DNA of 64,000 bases from Candidatus Omnitrophica bacterium UBA6215 (GCA_002421665.1 DISH01000003.1:39291-103290), one strand, 5' to 3'. Numbered from the stretch's first letter, positions 1-9,635 are shown. Notes: generated by a model not told the origin, from the letters alone. Numbers and translations are program-made.

Positions 1-1492
1 GCAAAAGAAGGGCCATAAGTTCCTTTCGGATACCGATACCGAGGTGCTGCCGCATCTTATAGAAGAATATTATGACGGGAACCTAGAAGAGGCGGTAAGG
101 AAAGCCCTTAAGGATGCGCAGGGTTCGTATGCTATAGCCGTAATTCACAGGTCGGAGCCGGGGAAACTTGTCGGCGCAAGGAACGGCAGCCCTCTTATCG
201 TCGGACTGGGCGAAGGGGAAAATTTCCTGGCATCAGATTGTCCTGCGATAATGGACAGGACCAGAAAGGTCATATTTGTCGACGATAAAGAGGTCATAAC
301 CCTGACCGACCGGACAGTATCCATTACCGACCTTGACGGCAGGAAAGCGCATAAAAAGGCCACTAAAATAGACTGGGATATATCGCAGGCGGAAAAAGGC
401 GGGTTTGCCCATTTTATGCTTAAAGAGATATATGAACAGCCTAAGGTCATACACAAGATGCTTTCAGCCCGTACGGATATTGCCAAATGCAAGGTAAGGC
501 TCGACGGGATAGGACTTACCTTGAAAGAGATCAGGGAATTCGACAATATAATGATATCGGCCTGCGGCACGGCGTATCATGCCGGGCTTGTGGGTGAATA
601 CCTCATAGAAAAATTTGCCGGCATACCGGTTGAAGTCGACGTATCCAGCGAGCTCAGGTACCGCGATCCGGTCTACTCACGCAAGACGCTGTTTATCGCG
701 GTCAGCCAATCGGGCGAGACGGCCGATACGCTTGCAGCTCTCAGGGAAGCCAGGAAGAAAGGCGTAAAGGCGGTATCTATATGCAACGTAGTGGGTTCTA
801 CCATAGTAAGGGAATCCGACGGAGTGATATATACGCATGCCGGTCCGGAGATAGGCGTTGCTTCCACGAAGGCGTACACGGCACAGGTTGCCATATTCAT
901 ACTGTTGGCCCTTTATATTGGCGCAGCAAGGGGGCGCATAGGCAGGAAGCAATTGAAGAAGATACTTGCCGAATTTGAGCAAGTACCGGGACATATGGAC
1001 GATATCCTTGACGGAGCCTCTGCAATAAAAAAATGCGCCGAGAAGTATTATATGCTCCCGTGTTTTATGTATATCGGCCGCGGGGTAAACTATCCGAACG
1101 CCTTCGAAGGCGCGCTGAAGCTGAAGGAGATCTCTTATATACACGCCGAAGGATACGGCGCCGGCGAAATGAAACACGGCCCGATTGCCCTGATAGAGAA
1201 GAACATGGCAGTGGTTGCGATAACCCCGCAATCGCATACTTATGACAAGATGATATCGAATATCCAGGAGATACGGGCAAGGGACGGAAAGGTCATTGCC
1301 ATAGCTACCGAGGGGGATGTTTCGGTAAGGAAGCACGTGACAGACGTCCTGTATATACCAAAGACCGAAGAAGCGCTCTCTCCGCTTTTGACAGTCCTGC
1401 CGCTGCAGCTTTTGGCGTATTATATAGCCGTATATAGAGGCAGGGATGTCGACCAGCCGAGGAATCTCGCTAAATCGGTAACGGTCGAATAA
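1..1492 (+). CDS. glmS: Glutamine--fructose-6-phosphate aminotransferase, 5'-truncated at the window edge (C-terminal part of the glutaminase domain plus both SIS domains).
   Basis: The in-frame translation runs from position 2. It contains the SETDTEV-like motif, two SIS-domain blocks and the characteristic C-terminal ...VTVE end. The listed start at 44 is an internal Met. Confidence 0.9.
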   Translation, partial: QKKGHKFLSDTDTEVLPHLIEEYYDGNLEEAVRKALKDAQGSYAIAVIHRSEPGKLVGARNGSPLIVGLGEGENFLASDCPAIMDRTRKVIFVDDKEVITLTDRTVSITDLDGRKAHKKATKIDWDISQAEKGGFAHFMLKEIYEQPKVIHKMLSARTDIAKCKVRLDGIGLTLKEIREFDNIMISACGTAYHAGLVGEYLIEKFAGIPVEVDVSSELRYRDPVYSRKTLFIAVSQSGETADTLAALREARKKGVKAVSICNVVGSTIVRESDGVIYTHAGPEIGVASTKAYTAQVAIFILLALYIGAARGRIGRKQLKKILAEFEQVPGHMDDILDGASAIKKCAEKYYMLPCFMYIGRGVNYPNAFEGALKLKEISYIHAEGYGAGEMKHGPIALIEKNMAVVAITPQSHTYDKMISNIQEIRARDGKVIAIATEGDVSVRKHVTDVLYIPKTEEALSPLLTVLPLQLLAYYIAVYRGRDVDQPRNLAKSVTVE

Positions 1493-1497
1493 GACAA

Positions 1498-2190
1498 ATG
1501 CCAAACGGCATACTCAATGTAGTAGCTACGCCGATAGGAAACCTCAAAGACATAACTCTTCGCGCAATAGACACGCTTAAAGAAGCTGACCTCATTGCGG
1601 CGGAGGATACCCGCCATACAAAAATACTGACAAGCCATTACGGGATAACCACTCCCCTGACAAGCTATTTCCAGCATAACCAGGTGGCCAAGGGCGAATA
1701 CCTGATAGGCCTGCTTAAAGAGGGGAAGAACATAGCGCTGGTTTCCGACGCGGGGACCCCCGGGATATCCGATCCCGGAGCCCATATAATCAGATTGGCC
1801 GTCAAGAACGGCATTAAGGTTGTAGGGGTGCCGGGTCCAAGCGCGGCAGTACTCGGGCTTGTCGTTTCCGGGTTCCCTACCGACAGGTTTGTTTTTGAGG
1901 GATTCCTTCCTAACAAATCAGCGGCCCGCAGGAAAAGGCTAATGGCGCTGAAGGATGAAGAGAGGACGGTCATACTTTATGAATCCCCCTACCGTATTTT
2001 AAAGGCTTTATATGATATACTTGACATATTGGGCGATATAAAGATATCCGTCCTGCGCGAACTTACCAAAAAATTCGAGGAAGTACTGCGGGGAAAAGCA
2101 AGCGAAGCGGTTGCGCATTTAGAGAAGAACACGCCTAAAGGAGAGTTCATTATAGTATTCAACCTGAAGGAAGGCGGTGAGAATGGCTAA
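1498..2190 (+). CDS. rsmI: 16S rRNA (cytidine1402-2'-O)-methyltransferase, tetrapyrrole-methylase fold.
   Basis: The N-terminus 'LNVVATPIGNLKDITLRAIDTLKEADLIAAEDTRHT' is the RsmI signature. Length is 230 aa. Confidence 0.8.
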   Translation: MPNGILNVVATPIGNLKDITLRAIDTLKEADLIAAEDTRHTKILTSHYGITTPLTSYFQHNQVAKGEYLIGLLKEGKNIALVSDAGTPGISDPGAHIIRLAVKNGIKVVGVPGPSAAVLGLVVSGFPTDRFVFEGFLPNKSAARRKRLMALKDEERTVILYESPYRILKALYDILDILGDIKISVLRELTKKFEEVLRGKASEAVAHLEKNTPKGEFIIVFNLKEGGENG

Positions 2191-2977
2191 GATACACCCT
2201 ACCGCGCTGGTAAGCAAAGGGGCCGAGCTTGGAGATGTTGAAATAGGCCCTTACGCCGTTATCGAGGACGGGGTTATCATAAGAAGCGGCACCTGTGTGC
2301 TTGCCCACGCCTATATAGCCGAAGGCACGACGATCGGGAAGGATTGCGAGATACATATGGGCGCCGTAGTGGGCCATGCGCCGCAGCACCTCAAGTACAA
2401 GGGAGCGAAGACATTCCTTAACATCGGCGACAGAAATATACTTAGGGAATATTGCAGCGTTCATCGCGGTTTCGAGGAAGGTTCTTCAACCCTGATAGGC
2501 GACGATAACCTTTTTATGGGTTTCTCCCATATCGCGCATGATTGCCGCATAGGGAACAGTACGGTTGTATGCAACGGCGCCCTTGTGGCCGGCCACGTCA
2601 CGGTAGACGACAAGGCTTTTATATCCGGGAATGTCACCATACACCAGTTCGTCAGGATAGGTTCCCTTGCGATGATCGGCGGGTTAGCCCGCGTTAATAA
2701 GGATGTCGTGCCGTATACCCTTATAGAAGGGGATTCCGAGGTATGTTCGCTGAACACGGTAGGAATACGGCGTTCCGGGGTAAGCAACGAGGCTGCCGTC
2801 CAGATAAAACAGGTATACAAGCTCCTTTACCGTTCAGGCCTTAATGTCACCCATGCCCTCGAAGAGATATCGAAGTCTGCCTTTTCTTCCGTAGAGGCAA
2901 GGAACATGGTCGATTTCGTAAAAAACTCTGAACGTGGGATATGCAAGCACAGGAAGATAGCCGCTAACGAGGACTAA
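2177..2977 (+). CDS. lpxA: Acyl-ACP--UDP-N-acetylglucosamine O-acyltransferase.
   Basis: Left-handed beta-helix hexapeptide repeats. The N-terminus 'IHPTALVSKGAELGDVEIGPYAVI' and the 266-aa length match LpxA. No other lpx genes are adjacent. Confidence 0.85.
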   Translation: MRMAKIHPTALVSKGAELGDVEIGPYAVIEDGVIIRSGTCVLAHAYIAEGTTIGKDCEIHMGAVVGHAPQHLKYKGAKTFLNIGDRNILREYCSVHRGFEEGSSTLIGDDNLFMGFSHIAHDCRIGNSTVVCNGALVAGHVTVDDKAFISGNVTIHQFVRIGSLAMIGGLARVNKDVVPYTLIEGDSEVCSLNTVGIRRSGVSNEAAVQIKQVYKLLYRSGLNVTHALEEISKSAFSSVEARNMVDFVKNSERGICKHRKIAANED

Positions 2978-2982
2978 CCGCC

Positions 2983-5088
2983 ATGGTCGAGCACCGTTCG
3001 GGTATTGAGCGCAGGCGATACATAAGGCTGAATACGGTATTTCCCGTCGAGCTCGAGGTCATCAGCCTCGACGACAAAGAAATATACTGCGAGTTCCAGC
3101 AGGCCTTTACCCGTGATGTAAGCGAGGGAGGCATGTGCCTTGAGGTGAACAACCTCAAGGACGAACTTGCCGAAAAGCTTAACAAAAAATCCGCAAAACT
3201 TCGCCTCCAGATAAATATGCCGTTTTCTGTCAGGCCGATAGATGCCATCGCGGAAGCGGCCTGGATAAAGAAGATCAGGGAACACCGTCCCAACAAATAT
3301 TTTATAGGCGTTTATTATGAGAAGATATCGGAGAAGGAAAGGAAGAGCATAGTAAACCACGCGCGTTTCCTTATGCTCAGGCCGTTCTTTGTCGCGGCGG
3401 CGATATTGCTGCTTGCGGTCGCGGTGGCGGTTACCAGGGTCGAGCTGCTGAAAAAGGAAGCTCTCCGGAAAGAGACAGAAAGAAAGCTTGCTCTTATTGA
3501 ATCCGAAAGGGTAAAGCTTGCCCAGGCGATGGAAGAGTTACGCCTCAATCGTACCGAGCTCGAAGCCAAGATAAGCTCATTTGAGCAGGAAAGGTCGGAC
3601 CTGGAAAAGAAGCTCGAGGCGGCAAAGACCGAGGCGCTCGCGAAACCCGAGGAGATAGCCCGGCTTGAAGAAGCCTTGGCGAAAGCGTCTGAGAGAACGG
3701 ACGAGCTTAATGCCGAGCTCGCCAAGGTTGTCGATTCCAAGAAGAACCTCGAGAGCCAGCTAAGGGTCCTCGAGGAGATAAAAGCTTCCAAGCCGGTAAA
3801 AGTTGTCCTTGCTGCCGGAGGGGTCGTGGTGGGAAAGGTCGTTCTGGAGACCTCGGATTCTGTCAGGGTAGAGGTCCCGACGGGGGTAATAACCCTTAAG
3901 AGGGACCTTATATCCTCCATGTCTACCCCGAGCGAAGAAGAGATAGCGGAATTGGCCAGGGAAAGGCTCAAACTTGAGCTCAGGGCCAAGGAAGTGGAAA
4001 AGAAGAGAGAGTTGGAGCGTAAGGCGGCCGAAGAAAGGGAGAAGACCGAAAAGGTAATATCAAAGAAGACCCCCGGAGAGCCCGAGCAATTGATATCCAG
4101 GACGATCCCGGAGAGGGGCGTAGCGATAAAGGATAACAGGATATATGCCGACGGTTCGTTATTCTTTATAAAAGGGATAGCTTACGGCGTAAGCGCGCCC
4201 GGCCTGCCGCCCGGGGTTGACGGCTGTTTCTCTAAGATCCCTTTGTCGGTTTTCGAAAACGACTTCAGGATGATGAAAGCCGCCGGGATCAATACAATAA
4301 GGACTTACGAACCGTTCCCGGACGCCTTGCTGGACCTTGCCGAGAAGTATGACCTCAAGATAATAGAACAGGTAGTCTATCCGTCCGCCTACACCGATTA
4401 CTCCTCCGATATCGAGCTTAAAGCGATGAAGAGGATGGCTACGGAGGCCGTAAGGAAACACAGGAACAGGAAGTGCATACTTATGTGGTCGATCTGGAAC
4501 GATGCCCCCTTCTGTTATGATGAGCCCGGCAACCCCGTTCCCCGTTACGGTTTCGAGAAAGTGAATAATTTCATGAGAGAGATATACCTTGCCGTTAAAT
4601 CGGTGGATAAGAGCCGTCCGGTCACGGCTGCCAACATCCTGAAGGTAAAAGGGTATGACCTGGGGTTCGATTTCCTGGATGTCATAGGCTGTAACGCTTA
4701 TATAGGCGGGCACGGGTTCAATTGGCGCGGCAGGGATGAAGCGGTGAGGGCCGTGAAGGAGATGAAGGAGATCTCAAAGAAGTATAAGAAGCCGATAATC
4801 ATAACCGAGACCGGATACAGTACTTTCGTAAAGAAAGATTCACAGGATAAGGCCCTGAAGACGCAGATCGAAAGCGCGGAAGACGACCTTGCCGGGATAG
4901 TCATCTTCGAATGGACAGACGAATGGTGGAAAGGCGGGAACCCGTCTGTCCAGGACAAGCACATAGAGGAGTACTGGGGCATCCTTACCTGGGACAGGAA
5001 GCCAAAACCGGGTTTCGAGATCGTTTCAAAGCTATTCAACTCTATACCCACCGATTCTCTGGGTTATAGGCCTTCCATAAAAAATTAA
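2983..5088 (+). CDS. PilZ-domain (c-di-GMP receptor) / transmembrane / long coiled-coil / C-terminal TIM-barrel glycoside-hydrolase-like fusion protein.
   Basis: PilZ motifs 'RRRYIR' (RxxxR) and 'DVSEGG' (DxSxxG) lie near the N-terminus. A hydrophobic helix 'FFVAAAILLLAVAVAV' follows. About 200 aa rich in E/K/L/A then form a coiled coil. The C-terminal domain carries 'WSIWND' and 'IIITETGYS' motifs typical of clan GH-A hydrolases. Confidence 0.6.
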   Translation: MVEHRSGIERRRYIRLNTVFPVELEVISLDDKEIYCEFQQAFTRDVSEGGMCLEVNNLKDELAEKLNKKSAKLRLQINMPFSVRPIDAIAEAAWIKKIREHRPNKYFIGVYYEKISEKERKSIVNHARFLMLRPFFVAAAILLLAVAVAVTRVELLKKEALRKETERKLALIESERVKLAQAMEELRLNRTELEAKISSFEQERSDLEKKLEAAKTEALAKPEEIARLEEALAKASERTDELNAELAKVVDSKKNLESQLRVLEEIKASKPVKVVLAAGGVVVGKVVLETSDSVRVEVPTGVITLKRDLISSMSTPSEEEIAELARERLKLELRAKEVEKKRELERKAAEEREKTEKVISKKTPGEPEQLISRTIPERGVAIKDNRIYADGSLFFIKGIAYGVSAPGLPPGVDGCFSKIPLSVFENDFRMMKAAGINTIRTYEPFPDALLDLAEKYDLKIIEQVVYPSAYTDYSSDIELKAMKRMATEAVRKHRNRKCILMWSIWNDAPFCYDEPGNPVPRYGFEKVNNFMREIYLAVKSVDKSRPVTAANILKVKGYDLGFDFLDVIGCNAYIGGHGFNWRGRDEAVRAVKEMKEISKKYKKPIIITETGYSTFVKKDSQDKALKTQIESAEDDLAGIVIFEWTDEWWKGGNPSVQDKHIEEYWGILTWDRKPKPGFEIVSKLFNSIPTDSLGYRPSIKN

Positions 5089-5097
5089 AAACGGGTC

Positions 5098-5126
5098 TTG
5101 ACAAACAGGCGATCGCGTGATATCCT
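5098..5126 (+). promoter_or_regulatory. Putative sigma70 promoter of the pyr operon (TTGACA, 17-nt spacer, TATCCT).
   Basis: A -35 consensus hexamer sits at 5098-5103 and a -10-like hexamer at 5121-5126, upstream of the pyrR leader. Confidence 0.3.
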
Positions 5127-5139
5127 TAACATTTAGCAG

Positions 5140-5174
5140 CCTTTTAATCTGGCCCAGCGAGGCCGGAAAAGGAG
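5140..5174 (+). promoter_or_regulatory. Putative PyrR-binding loop (anti-antiterminator) in the pyr leader RNA.
   Basis: 'UUUUAAUCUGGCCCAGCGAGGCCGGAAAAGG' resembles the Bacillus PyrR binding-loop consensus (AAUCCAGAGAGGCU...AAGG). It sits upstream of a leader terminator. Confidence 0.4.
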
Positions 5175-5214
5175 ATGAAGATGTGCCATAACCATATAAA
5201 AGACTATCATACCG

Positions 5215-5253
5215 CCTGTAATCGGCAAAACGCCGGCTACAGGCTTTTTTATT
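5215..5253 (+). terminator. Leader attenuator (intrinsic terminator) upstream of pyrR.
   Basis: Hairpin cctgtaatcggc / gccggctacagg with 2 mismatches and a 5-nt loop, followed by CTTTTTTATT. It lies 20 nt before the pyrR RBS (GGAGGG) and ATG. Confidence 0.5.
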
Positions 5254-5272
5254 GCCTTGGAGGGTCCGGTTT

Positions 5273-5821
5273 ATGAAGATAAAGGAAAAAGCCAAGGTCT
5301 TGGATGCCGAGCAGATAGACAAGTCACTTGTGCGAATAGCGCATGAGATACTCGAGAATAACAAAGACGTTGAGGACCTGGCGATAGTAGGCATAAGGAC
5401 AAGGGGTGCCATCCTTGCCCAGAGGCTGGCCGCCAAGATAGGTTCTATCAAGGGCAGTCTAGTGCCGGTAGGGGCGCTCGACATAACGCTTTACAGAGAC
5501 GATCTTACTACAGTCGCAGAGCAGCCGGTGGTCCATAAGACCGAGATAGATTTCGACATACACGAGAGCGTAATAGTCCTTGTCGATGACGTGCTGTATA
5601 CGGGCAGGACGATACGCTGCGCCCTGGACGCGCTTATAGATTTCGGAAGGCCGAAGAGCATACAGCTTGCCGTCCTGGTAGACAGAGGCCATAGGGAACT
5701 GCCGATACGCGCAGATTATGCGGGCAAGAACATACCGACCTCACAGAAAGAGACGGTCCAGGTCAAGATAAAAGAGTCCGACGGCGTCGATGAAGTTGTC
5801 GTCGCGGAAAAGGAGGATTAA
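5273..5821 (+). CDS. pyrR: Bifunctional pyrimidine operon regulatory protein / uracil phosphoribosyltransferase.
   Basis: '[31 protein letters not shown]...' and the PRPP-binding motif '[12 protein letters not shown]' identify it. Length 182 aa. Confidence 0.9.
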   Translation: MKIKEKAKVLDAEQIDKSLVRIAHEILENNKDVEDLAIVGIRTRGAILAQRLAAKIGSIKGSLVPVGALDITLYRDDLTTVAEQPVVHKTEIDFDIHESVIVLVDDVLYTGRTIRCALDALIDFGRPKSIQLAVLVDRGHRELPIRADYAGKNIPTSQKETVQVKIKESDGVDEVVVAEKED

Positions 5822-5822
5822 G

Positions 5823-6761
5823 GTGGCCGTGGCCTGGAAGAGAAAAGACCTGCTGGATTTAGAAAGCCTTTCGGCGGAAGAGATAGAGCTTATACTTGAG
5901 ACAACGGGTTCTTTTAAGGAGATATCCCAGAGACCCATAAAGAAGGTCCCGACCCTGCGCGGCCAGACGGTGGTCCTATTCTTCTTCGAGCCCTCGACAA
6001 GGACCCGCACTTCTTTCGAACTGGCCGCTAAACGCATGAGTGCGGACATAGTCAATATTCAGACCAGCGCCTCGAGCCTGACAAAGGGCGAGACCCTGAA
6101 AGACACTGCCAGGAACATCGAGGCGATGAAGGTGAACATAATAATAATGCGCCACTCGTGTTCCGGCGCCCCGCACATGCTGGCCGGCTCCGTGTCTCCG
6201 TCTATAATCAATGCCGGCGACGGATCGCATGAGCACCCAACGCAGGGCCTGCTCGATATCTTCACGATCAAAGAGCATAAAAAGAAAATTGAAGGGCTGA
6301 ACGTCTCGATAATAGGGGATATAGCCCATTCGAGGGTGGCCAGGTCGAATATATGGGGGCTTACGAAACTTGGCGCAAAAGTGACCGTATGCGGTCCGGC
6401 GACGCTTATGCCTCCGGAAGTAGAGAAATTAGGAGTTAAGGTCACCTATGATATAAAAGAGGCCATAGAAGGGGCAGATGTCATAAATATGCTCAGGATA
6501 CAGTTGGAACGTCAGGGCCAGAACCTCTTTCCGTCCATAAGGGACTACTCTATGGCTTTCGGGTTGGACGCAGGGAAGATGAAAATGGCAAAGAAGGACG
6601 TACTTATAATGCATCCCGGGCCCGTTAACAGGGGGGTTGAGATAACCCCTGAGGTTGCAGACGGACCGTATTCTGTCATACTCGAGCAGGTCACCAACGG
6701 TATTGCCGTCAGGATGGCCGTACTGTACCTGTTATCTGGCGTCAAAGAGAGGGTTGAATAA
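5823..6761 (+). CDS. pyrB: Aspartate carbamoyltransferase catalytic subunit.
   Basis: The 'FFEPSTRTRTSFELAAKRM' carbamoyl-phosphate-binding motif and 'HPTQGLLD' are present. A GTG start lies 5 nt after an AAGGAGG RBS and directly abuts the pyrR stop. Confidence 0.9.
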   Translation: MAVAWKRKDLLDLESLSAEEIELILETTGSFKEISQRPIKKVPTLRGQTVVLFFFEPSTRTRTSFELAAKRMSADIVNIQTSASSLTKGETLKDTARNIEAMKVNIIIMRHSCSGAPHMLAGSVSPSIINAGDGSHEHPTQGLLDIFTIKEHKKKIEGLNVSIIGDIAHSRVARSNIWGLTKLGAKVTVCGPATLMPPEVEKLGVKVTYDIKEAIEGADVINMLRIQLERQGQNLFPSIRDYSMAFGLDAGKMKMAKKDVLIMHPGPVNRGVEITPEVADGPYSVILEQVTNGIAVRMAVLYLLSGVKERVE

Positions 6762-6762
6762 A

Positions 6763-8052
6763 ATGGACGTTATCCTCAAGAACGGACGCGTGGTGGACCC
6801 GGCCAACAGCATGGATACCGAAGCCGACATCCTGGTCAAAGCAGGTAAAATTGCGCAGGTAGGGAAAGGCTTGAAGGTCCAGGATGCCAGACAGGTGGAT
6901 TGCAAGGGAAAGGTCGTCTTGCCGGGCCTCATCGATTCTCATACCCATTTCAGGCAGCCCGGAAGGGAGGATGAGGAAGATTTTGTCACCGGTTCGAGAG
7001 CGGCCCTGAAAGGCGGATTTACCTCCGTATTGTGCATGGCGAACACGAATCCGGTGGTGGATAATAAAGGTGTGGTTGAGTATATATGTTCCGAAGCCGC
7101 AAAAGCCGGCCTGATCAATATATACACGGTTGCGGCCGTTACGAAGGGCCTAGAAGGAAAAGAGCTCACCGAGACAGCCCAGATCTCTGCGGCAGGCGCT
7201 AAGGCCCTCTCAGACGACGGCAAGCCGGTAATTAACCCGGAGATACTCCGGCGCGCGATGGAATACGCAAAGATGTTCAACTTGCCGGTTATATCCCATT
7301 GTGAAGACCCTTTCCTTTCAAGGAACGGGGTAATGAACGAGGGGCTCCTGTCCACGAGGATGGGGCTTAAAGGTATCCCGCGCGCTGCCGAGACGGTCAT
7401 GGTGGCCAGGGACATAGAGATAGCGCGGCTCTCTGGAGCCAGGCTGCATATAGCCCACGTGTCTACTAAAGAGAGCGTAGAGGCGGTAAGGCAGGCCAAG
7501 AAGAGGAAGATAGCGGTCACATGTGAAACATGTCCGCATTATTTTGTCCTGACCGAAGAGGCTGTTTCGGAGTATAATACGAATGCGAAGGTAAATCCTC
7601 CGCTGAGGACACAGGAGGACGTAGAGGCGATAAAGAAGGGCCTTTCCGACGGGACGATAGACATAATATCCACCGACCATGCCCCGCATTCCGCGGAAGA
7701 GAAGGATGTGGAGTTCGATTTTGCCGCTACAGGGATGATAGGCCTTGAGTTTGCGGCCTCTCTGTCGTACATGGAGCTGGTCAAGAAGAACGTCCTCGAC
7801 TGGAAAGGATTCGCCGAGAAATTATCGATAAATCCGTCAAGGCTTCTAAGCCTGAAGAATAAAGGATCCCTTTCAGAGGGTGCAGATGCCGATATAACGG
7901 TATTCGACCCCTCCGGCACAAGGAAAGTGGAGATCTCAAGTATTGAATCCAAGTCGAAGAACACCCCGTTGCTCGGCAGGGAGCTTGCCGGCACCGCGGC
8001 GATCGTTATCGTAGGCGGTAAGATAAAATACGAAAACGGGAAATTTTGCTAA
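6763..8052 (+). CDS. pyrC: Dihydroorotase (type I, amidohydrolase superfamily).
   Basis: 'LPGLIDSHTHFRQPG' and 'DHAPH' metal-binding motifs are present. The start is 1 nt after the pyrB stop. Length is about 429 aa. Confidence 0.85.
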   Translation: MDVILKNGRVVDPANSMDTEADILVKAGKIAQVGKGLKVQDARQVDCKGKVVLPGLIDSHTHFRQPGREDEEDFVTGSRAALKGGFTSVLCMANTNPVVDNKGVVEYICSEAAKAGLINIYTVAAVTKGLEGKELTETAQISAAGAKALSDDGKPVINPEILRRAMEYAKMFNLPVISHCEDPFLSRNGVMNEGLLSTRMGLKGIPRAAETVMVARDIEIARLSGARLHIAHVSTKESVEAVRQAKKRKIAVTCETCPHYFVLTEEAVSEYNTNAKVNPPLRTQEDVEAIKKGLSDGTIDIISTDHAPHSAEEKDVEFDFAATGMIGLEFAASLSYMELVKKNVLDWKGFAEKLSINPSRLLSLKNKGSLSEGADADITVFDPSGTRKVEISSIESKSKNTPLLGRELAGTAAIVIVGGKIKYENGKFC

Positions 8053-8065
8053 AAAGGAGGACTCA

Positions 8066-8380
8066 ATGGGTCTAAGGCTGATCAGGATCTCGGCATCTGT
8101 GGTCATCATGTCGGTCATATTGGGTTGCGCCGCGCCTTCGATAGGTCTTGCCGGGAAGGAAAAGCTCGAAGCCAAGGATTGGCTTGCTGCAGGGGATCTG
8201 GCCTTCAGGAACAATGACTGGGATAATGCCCAGTATTTTTATGAGCTTGTACTGAAGAAATACCCCGAATCTTATTACGGGAAAAAGGCTAAGGAGAACC
8301 TCGGTTATGTGGATTACCACAGGAGTCCCGCAGGGAAAGCCGTGGATGCAGGCAAGAATGCCCTTTCCCCTTTATTATAG
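8066..8380 (+). CDS. Small putative lipoprotein with TPR-like helices, inserted within the pyr operon.
   Basis: Signal peptide with lipobox 'VILGC'. The region 'AFRNNDWDNAQYFYELVLKKYPES' is TPR-like. It is preceded by an AAAGGAGG RBS. Confidence 0.4.
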   Translation: MGLRLIRISASVVIMSVILGCAAPSIGLAGKEKLEAKDWLAAGDLAFRNNDWDNAQYFYELVLKKYPESYYGKKAKENLGYVDYHRSPAGKAVDAGKNALSPLL

Positions 8381-8398
8381 GACAGACGGCGGCTGGAA

Positions 8399-9628
8399 GT
8401 GGAATTTATAGCTGACCTCCACATACACTCTAAGTATAGCCGCGCCACATCGGGATCTATGAATCCCGATGAACTGGCGCGTTGGGCAAAGATCAAAGGT
8501 ATATCGGTCGTTGGCACTGGGGATTTTACCCATCCTCTCTGGCTTTCCGAACTTTCCGAAAAGCTCAAGCAGGGGACCGGGGGGCTGTATGAATACGGCG
8601 GGGCCCGTTTTATGCTGACCGCAGAAGTCTTCAATAATTTCCATTCTGCGGGAAGGTCCAAGAGGATTCATAACATAGTTTTCGCTCCGGATATCCCGGC
8701 GGCGGAGAAACTCAATACCGTGTTGTCCGGATACGGGGACCTGGTCTCGGATGGGCGGCCTATACTTAACATGACGGCCGAGGACCTGGTCAAGGCATGT
8801 CTCGATGCCTGCCCTGATTGTATGGTTGTCCCGGCGCATATCTGGACGCCGCATTTTTCGGCTTTTGGTTCGGTATCGGGGTTCAACAGCATAGAAGAAT
8901 GTTTCGGCAGCCAGGCGCGCAATATACATTGCCTGGAGACCGGCCTTTCTTCGGACCCTGCTATGAATTGGAGGATAAGTGCGCTCGACAGGTACTCGCT
9001 TATTTCCAACTCTGATTCGCATTCTCCGCAAAAGATCGGACGGGAGGCGAACGTCTTCGATTGCGAGATGTCCTATACCGGCATAACGTCCGCGTTGAAA
9101 GAGAAGGACGGCAAAAGGTTCAAGTATACGGTCGAGTTCTTTCCCGAAGAGGGGAAATACCATTACGACGGCCACAGGGCTTGCAATGCCCGGCTGTCGC
9201 CCAAGGAAGCCATAAAGCGGCGTAACCTGTGTCCGGTTTGCGGTAAGAAGATCACGATAGGGGTAATGCACAGGATAGAGGACCTCGCCGACAGGCCGGA
9301 AGGTTTTGTGCCGGAGGGCTCGATACCTTTTAAGAGGGCCGTTCCGCTCAGCCAGATAATAGCGAATGCCAACGGGACTGGAGAGCAGACGCTCGGCGTT
9401 GAAAGGGAATACATGTCCCTTGTGACCAAGTGCCAGGGGGAATTCAATATATTGCTCGGAATGGATGAAGCGGAATTAAGGTCGCAACTCCCGGAGCGGA
9501 TAGCCGAGGGGGTAATGAAAGTAAGGAAGGGAGAGTTAGAGATACTTGCCGGATACGACGGGGAATACGGCAAGATTAACATCTTCGGCGGAAAGAAATC
9601 CGGCGAAGAACAGATGACACTGTTTTAG
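8399..9628 (+). CDS. PHP-domain metal-dependent phosphoesterase with a Cys zinc-ribbon, endonuclease Q-like (TIGR00375-type).
   Basis: The N-terminus 'ADLHIHSKYSRATSG' is a PHP histidine motif. A central 'CPVCGKK' zinc ribbon is present. The roughly 400-aa size matches EndoQ-family proteins. The start is a GTG. Confidence 0.5.
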   Translation: MEFIADLHIHSKYSRATSGSMNPDELARWAKIKGISVVGTGDFTHPLWLSELSEKLKQGTGGLYEYGGARFMLTAEVFNNFHSAGRSKRIHNIVFAPDIPAAEKLNTVLSGYGDLVSDGRPILNMTAEDLVKACLDACPDCMVVPAHIWTPHFSAFGSVSGFNSIEECFGSQARNIHCLETGLSSDPAMNWRISALDRYSLISNSDSHSPQKIGREANVFDCEMSYTGITSALKEKDGKRFKYTVEFFPEEGKYHYDGHRACNARLSPKEAIKRRNLCPVCGKKITIGVMHRIEDLADRPEGFVPEGSIPFKRAVPLSQIIANANGTGEQTLGVEREYMSLVTKCQGEFNILLGMDEAELRSQLPERIAEGVMKVRKGELEILAGYDGEYGKINIFGGKKSGEEQMTLF

Positions 9629-9635
9629 GAGGACA

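Noticed and set aside
677-1504. 275-aa minus-strand ORF and other antisense ORFs over glmS.
   Set aside because: Antisense to a well-supported glmS reading frame. No recognisable motifs.
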